A program made the translations under genes and the position numbers. The notes under the pieces were generated by a model that had not been told where the DNA came from, did not search any database, and was given only the letters and a program-made list of their open reading frames with translations. A DNA stretch of 32,000 nucleotides from a bacterium (GTDB lineage Bacteria; Bacillota; Clostridia; Oscillospirales; Acutalibacteraceae): NCBI GenBank assembly GCA_963652165.1, contig CAVJRM010000002.1, positions 28,720-60,719 of the forward strand, written 5' to 3'. This document shows, piece after piece, positions 25,403 through 32,000 of this stretch (position 1 is its first letter; each line of letters begins with the position of its first letter).

Positions 25403-26442
25403 AAATTGTCATTCTTTTCTATATTATCATTCTCAATTCTGTCTTTGAACACATAACCGTTTTGCAATAAAATATTCATGTGTGTTATCGCTCTGCCGGT
25501 GCCGTTTGCAACACAATATTCAGCATCCGTTGCAACTCTTGTTTTTATTCCCGTTCTTTTCTCAAACATTTTATCAATCTTTCTGAGAAGCGAACCTCCA
25601 CCGGTTAATACAATACCGGAATCAAGAATATCGGCAGCAAGTTCCGGCGATGTACTCTCAAGAGTGCTTCTAATCCCTTCAATTATTAATTCAAACTGAG
25701 GCCTCAAAGCGAGGAAGACTTCTGTAGAGCTCACTTCAAATGAAACCGGCATTTTTGTAATATAACTTTTACCTTTAACAGTCATGCCGAGCTCAACATC
25801 ACGAAGGACAGCGGAACCGATAGTAGTTTTTATTTTCTCGGCTGTTTTTTCTCCGATAACAATATCTCTTTCTCGACGAATTTGGCGCATAATTGCTTCA
25901 TCAAAAGAAATTCCGGCAGTCTTAATTGATTTGGAAACTGCAATACAACCCATGGTTATAACAGCAATATCGGTAGACCCTGCACCGATATCTACAATCA
26001 TAATTCCTTTTGGCTTTTCGTTATCAAGGCCCGCTCCGAGAGCTGCGGCAAGAGGTGATTCAATAAGGCAAGATTTTGATGCTCCGGAAGCAGTAGCTAA
26101 ATCAAGCACTGATTTTTTCTCAAGCTCAGTCAAAGTTGAAGGAACACTGATAATAACGTTAGGTCTAAGGACCATATTTTTACAAACTTTAGAAATATAG
26201 TATTCTATCATGTGCTTAGCAGCAGTAAAATCACAAATAATACCGTTGTTCAAAGGCCTAACAACTTTTACACCTTCCGGATTTTTCTCAAACATATCAT
26301 AAGCTTTTTTGCCTATACCGATTATTTTGTTGTTTTTATTGTAGGCAATAACAGACGGTTCAGAAAGAACCACACCTTTCCCTTCCATATAAATTGAAAC
26401 AGAATAAGTGCCAAGATCTATGCCAATGTTAGTTGCTAACAT
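25399..26442 (-). CDS. mreB: MreB/Mbl-family actin-like protein (paralogue; no mreCD downstream)
   Basis: RBS AAGGTGA. NIGIDLGTYSVSIY, VRPLNNGIICDF, IVDIGAGSTDIAV, VLTGGGSLL. Acidic C-terminal tail. Confidence 0.88.
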   Translation of the reverse strand: MLATNIGIDLGTYSVSIYMEGKGVVLSEPSVIAYNKNNKIIGIGKKAYDMFEKNPEGVKVVRPLNNGIICDFTAAKHMIEYYISKVCKNMVLRPNVIISVPSTLTELEKKSVLDLATASGASKSCLIESPLAAALGAGLDNEKPKGIMIVDIGAGSTDIAVITMGCIAVSKSIKTAGISFDEAIMRQIRRERDIVIGEKTAEKIKTTIGSAVLRDVELGMTVKGKSYITKMPVSFEVSSTEVFLALRPQFELIIEGIRSTLESTSPELAADILDSGIVLTGGGSLLRKIDKMFEKRTGIKTRVATDAEYCVANGTGRAITHMNILLQNGYVFKDRIENDNIEKNDNL

Positions 26443-26446
26443 AAAA

Positions 26447-27160
26447 TCACCTTTTTAATTTTTTCTTTGGTTTGGTGAGAGCAAGCGCTATGCAATAAAC
26501 AGCTTTAGCATCATTAAGCCAAAGCATTTTTGAGCACTCATTTAAAGTTTCACCGGAGGTAGAAATATCATCACATAAAAGGATAATTTTATCTTTTACT
26601 AATCCCGGATTAGTAACCTCAAAGGCTCCGGTCAAATTTCCTCTTCTGTATAAAGCGTGAAGCCCATGTTGTTTTTCTGTTTCGTATATTTTTTCCAAAA
26701 TATCAGGCTTAAATTCAATACCTGTAAGTGATGATATTTTTTCAGCAAGCAAAGCGGTTTGATCATAACCTCTTTCTTTATATCTTTTCTTAGTCATAGG
26801 CACATTGATCATAAAATCAAAGCTTATTTCATTATATCTTTCTTTAATTGTCTTTGCCATTTCCACAGAATAAGCCTCACTGTTGGACATAGAATTTCTA
26901 AACTTATAGATGTGCAATCCTTTACGAACGTTTCCCTCATAAAAGAACGGAGCAACGATGGCTTCATAATAATTATCTCTGCCTTTACATTGGCAAATTC
27001 CTTTTGGAAGTCCACAGCTTTTACAAACATTCCCTTCAATACGAGGAAGAGACTTTTTACAATTTGAACACAATAAATCATCGCCAAAAATAAAGGAGTC
27101 ACAATATGCACAATGTTTTGGAAAAATTGATGAAATTCTAAGTTCATGAAGTTTTTTCAT
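26447..27160 (-). CDS. comFC: ComF-family protein (double zinc ribbon + phosphoribosyltransferase domain)
   Basis: ATGA overlap with recD2. CAYCDS..CSNCKK..CKSCG..CQC zinc ribbons. PRTase loop ILLCDDISTSGETL. Confidence 0.88.
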   Translation of the reverse strand: MKKLHELRISSIFPKHCAYCDSFIFGDDLLCSNCKKSLPRIEGNVCKSCGLPKGICQCKGRDNYYEAIVAPFFYEGNVRKGLHIYKFRNSMSNSEAYSVEMAKTIKERYNEISFDFMINVPMTKKRYKERGYDQTALLAEKISSLTGIEFKPDILEKIYETEKQHGLHALYRRGNLTGAFEVTNPGLVKDKIILLCDDISTSGETLNECSKMLWLNDAKAVYCIALALTKPKKKLKR

Positions 27161-29358
27161 AAATCTTCACCTTGGACTATAAAGCTGCTGAGGGCAGAAT
27201 ATCTTTTTTGCTTCTTATTATTTTCAACCATTCTGTAAACGGTATTTTTTGAGCCGACAAGTATTATAATATTTTTTGCTCTTGTAACAGCAGTGTAGAG
27301 TAGATTTCTGTATTGAAGATACTCATTTATTCCTACAACAGGGATAACTACAACCGGAAATTCACTCCCTTGACTTTTATGTACGGTTACTGCATAAGCG
27401 TGTTCAAGCTCAGGGCTGCATTCAAAAGGTATTTCCGCAACTCTGTCATCAAATCTTATAATAAAAGTATTTGAATCATTGTCTATTTTTTCAAGAATAC
27501 CAATATCGCCGTTAAAAACGCCCTGCCCTGTCTTATCCTCTGTGTGCCATTCTATGTCGTAATTATTTTTAATTTGCATTAGTTTATCACCCGTGCGGAA
27601 TACTCGAGAACCAAATGCGTGCTCTTTTTTATTCTTTTCGGGAGGGTTTAAAGCTGACTGCAAAATTTTATTTAAACTAACTGTGCCGGTTTCTCCTTTT
27701 CGTGATGGGCAAAGAACTTGAATATCTTCAATGGGAGATATGTTATAAGCAGCAGGCAAACGTATTGCAAGAAGCTCTCTGATGGTATTTGCCGCATAAG
27801 CTGCAGAATTCTTTTCCATAAAAAAGAAGTCTTTATCCTTCACATCAAGAATAGGCATTTCACCATTAACAATTTTATGAGCATTAGTAATGATAAGACT
27901 TTCCATTGCTTGACGAAAAACCTCATTAAGCTGTACAACAGGTAAAGCGTTGGAATCTATAATATCATGAAGAACATTTCCGGCGCCAACAGGTGGTAAC
28001 TGATCCGAATCCCCTACCATTACAAGCCTACAACCAATAGGTAAAGCTTCAAGCAAAGATGAAAACAGCTGAATATCCACCATGGAAAGCTCATCAATAA
28101 TAACAGCATCCGATTCAAGAAGATTTTGCCTGTTTCTTTTAAAGCGAGGATGATCACTTTCATCCCACTCGACTTCAAGAAGTCTGTGGATTGTAATAGC
28201 TTCTTCCCCTGTAAGCTCGCTCATTCTTTTTGCGGCTCTGCCGGTAGGAGCGGCAAGAGCAACATCAAGCCCCTGATCTTTAAACACACTGAGGATACCC
28301 CTTAAGGTAGTAGTTTTTCCGGTACCGGGGCCGCCGGTAAGCACAAGTATGCCTTTTTCAACAGCAATTTTTATTGCTTTTTTCTGAGTTTCGTTATAAA
28401 CAACTCCGCCAACAAGTTCAGCTTTTTTTATCTGATTTTCAATATTAGGAAAAGACTTAGTTGCATATCGTTTAATAAAAAGCAAATTTTGTGCAGCACT
28501 TTTTTCTGCTTCATACAAATCCGGTAAAAATATATAATCACGGCTACGAATTTCAGTAGAAATCAAGCTCTTATGTTCAATTAAAATATCTAAATTTATT
28601 TCTACATCATCTTCAGAGCAATCAAGAAGACTTTTGCAGGGATCTAACAAAGCAGTACGTGGAATACATGTATGACCGTTTCCGAGATTATGCTTCATCA
28701 CATAAATTATTCCGGCTTGGATTCTGTACTCATCAAGGGGCTTATTTTGCAAATTGTTTGCAATAGCGCAGGTTCTTTCAAAAGTTATACCTATTCCTAA
28801 ATTGCTGAGAAGATACGGATTACGTTCAACTATATCTGCAGATTTTGAGCCGAACTTTTTATACACTTTTATTGCTTCGTTAGTACTGAGCCCATATTTG
28901 CCCAATGCAATAACGGCATTTCTTTCATTGGCAAATTTATGAAAGCATTTTGAAATTTCATTTGCTTTTTCTCTTGAAATACCTTTAATTTTAGTAAGGC
29001 GTTTAGGTTCATTTTCAATAATATTGAATGTTTCTTCGCCAAACTCTGAAACTATTTTTTGCGCCATTCTCTCCCTAATGCCTTTAATCATACCGGAAGA
29101 TAGAAACATAAGCATTTCATTTGCAGATTCCGGAACACTTCTAATACAATTCTCAACTTTTAACTGTCTTCCAAAAGTAGGGTGAACAACAAAAGTACCT
29201 AAAAAAGTAACTTTTTCGCCAACATATACATTTCCGATATTTCCGGCAGCAATATAAAACTCACCGTCACTTGAAAACTCAAGAACAGTAAATCCGTTTT
29301 CATCATTTTGAAATGTAATGTTTTCAATTATTCCTTCAATTGAAACAGTTTCATCCAT
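27157..29358 (-). CDS. recD2: ATP-dependent RecD-like (RecD2) SF1B DNA helicase
   Basis: Preferred start is ATG 29358 (MDETVSIEGIIENITFQNDENGFTVLEF); the track start 29430 is a TTG adding a hydrophobic 24 aa. Walker A GGPGTGKTT, DELSMVD, VGDSDQLPPVG, TVHKSQGSE. Confidence 0.92.
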   Translation of the reverse strand: MDETVSIEGIIENITFQNDENGFTVLEFSSDGEFYIAAGNIGNVYVGEKVTFLGTFVVHPTFGRQLKVENCIRSVPESANEMLMFLSSGMIKGIRERMAQKIVSEFGEETFNIIENEPKRLTKIKGISREKANEISKCFHKFANERNAVIALGKYGLSTNEAIKVYKKFGSKSADIVERNPYLLSNLGIGITFERTCAIANNLQNKPLDEYRIQAGIIYVMKHNLGNGHTCIPRTALLDPCKSLLDCSEDDVEINLDILIEHKSLISTEIRSRDYIFLPDLYEAEKSAAQNLLFIKRYATKSFPNIENQIKKAELVGGVVYNETQKKAIKIAVEKGILVLTGGPGTGKTTTLRGILSVFKDQGLDVALAAPTGRAAKRMSELTGEEAITIHRLLEVEWDESDHPRFKRNRQNLLESDAVIIDELSMVDIQLFSSLLEALPIGCRLVMVGDSDQLPPVGAGNVLHDIIDSNALPVVQLNEVFRQAMESLIITNAHKIVNGEMPILDVKDKDFFFMEKNSAAYAANTIRELLAIRLPAAYNISPIEDIQVLCPSRKGETGTVSLNKILQSALNPPEKNKKEHAFGSRVFRTGDKLMQIKNNYDIEWHTEDKTGQGVFNGDIGILEKIDNDSNTFIIRFDDRVAEIPFECSPELEHAYAVTVHKSQGSEFPVVVIPVVGINEYLQYRNLLYTAVTRAKNIIILVGSKNTVYRMVENNKKQKRYSALSSFIVQGEDL

Positions 29359-29436
29359 AATAATACCTACTAAAAATAAGAGCAGACATTTCCTCCCAAC
29401 AGGGATATTGAAACACCTGCTAAAAATCAATAAAAA

Positions 29437-29779
29437 GTGAGAGGGCCTGTAAGCCGAGTTCTGTCATTTAAGGCAATCATCTATCTAATCTGCACATTGC
29501 TGTGCATTTCAAGCCACCTTTCGGAGTATCGCTGAGCAAGCGCAGGGGTTGCCCCCACCTCCAGTCGGTGTTGCTTCGGATAGGGTTTACATGGCCGTGC
29601 AGTTCCCCACACGCCGGTGAGCTCTTACCTCGCCTTTCCACCCTTACCTACAAAGTAGGCGGTATATCTCTGTTGCACTTTCCCTAAGGTCACCCTCGGC
29701 GGCCGTTAGCCGTTATCCTGCTCGATGAAGCTCGGACTTTCCTCACGCACTAAGTGCCCGCGACTGCCCAGCCTTCTCA
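29437..29779 (-). ncRNA. rnpB: RNase P RNA, bacterial type A
   Basis: The reverse strand reads GTGAGAAGGCTGGGCAGTCGCGGGCACTTAGTGCGTGAGGAAAGTCCGAGC... (P4 5' strand GAGGAAAGUCCG). Further on: GGTAAGGGTGGAAAGGCGAGGTAAGAGCTCACCGGC, then ACAGAACTCGGCTTACAGGCCCTCTCAC (P4 3' strand plus P1). GC-rich in an AT-rich context. The + ORFs 29502-29687 and 29754-30119 are artefacts. Confidence 0.92.
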
Positions 29780-29787
29780 CAAAAAAT

Positions 29788-29816
29788 TATTTTATACCGT
29801 AATAAGAAAATTGTCA
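29788..29816 (-). promoter_or_regulatory. Promoter of rnpB
   Basis: Reverse strand TTGACA (29816-29811), 17-nt spacer, TAAAAT (29793-29788). Sits 8 nt upstream of the predicted RNA 5' end and immediately downstream of the ligA stop. Confidence 0.65.
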
Positions 29817-29821
29817 ATTTT

Positions 29822-31858
<2,037 letters not shown>

Positions 31859-31992
31859 TTATAGTATAAATATCATTTTCTGTCAAATTTTTATAGGTAA
31901 ACATGCACAAAAAATACACTTAATTTTTTTCTTGATAATTGACATAATATGTGAGATAATTAAGCTATATTTTAATGCTTGGAGGAATAAAA

Positions 31993-32000
31993 ATGGACCT
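31993..32000 (+). CDS. First 8 nt of an unidentified + strand gene (runs off the window)
   Basis: GGAGGA RBS 6 nt before ATG 31993. Upstream TTGATA, 17 nt, TGaGATAAT extended -10. Too short to identify. Confidence 0.3.

Noticed and set aside
29359-29430. 24-codon N-terminal extension of recD2 in the ORF track
   Set aside because: It starts at a TTG, encodes a hydrophobic non-conserved peptide, and abuts the rnpB 3' end. MDETVSIEG at ATG 29358 matches the usual RecD2 N-terminus.

Overview
AT-rich Firmicutes/Clostridia-like chromosomal window, mostly ordinary housekeeping DNA, with one decayed accessory patch at about 6.7-11.6 kb. All homology calls come from reading motifs by eye; no searches were run.

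Left to right:
- A Ca2+/Mn2+-type P-type ATPase (minus strand, runs off the window start, absent from the ORF track) behind a yybP-ykoY Mn2+ riboswitch.
- Three secreted or hypothetical genes.
- The decayed accessory patch around a tRNA cluster: divergent tRNA-Pro(GGG) and tRNA-CAU/tRNA-Trp, with tRNA-Lys further on. It holds a truncated DUF4143 ATPase fragment, an orphan 99-aa ORF, an apparently intact tyrosine integrase abutting the tRNA-Pro 3' end, arrays of TAGAAA-type repeats, a gene-less GC-rich cassette downstream of tRNA-Trp, and an ORF that looks like an in-frame fusion of a helicase/nuclease N-terminus to the WYL-WCX C-terminus of a regulator.
- The rest is core genome: a YkgJ-like Cys-cluster protein, a HisJ-type PHP phosphatase, an FkbM methyltransferase, two surface proteins, argCJBD, marR plus a heterodimeric ABC exporter, a recD2-comFC-mreB-like-176aa operon, RNase P RNA (type A) and ligA.

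I do not see an intact multi-gene novel system. The two most unusual items are the tRNA-Trp-associated cassette (9440-9782) and the chimeric WYL ORF (10197-11300), both best read as scars of mobile or defence elements.
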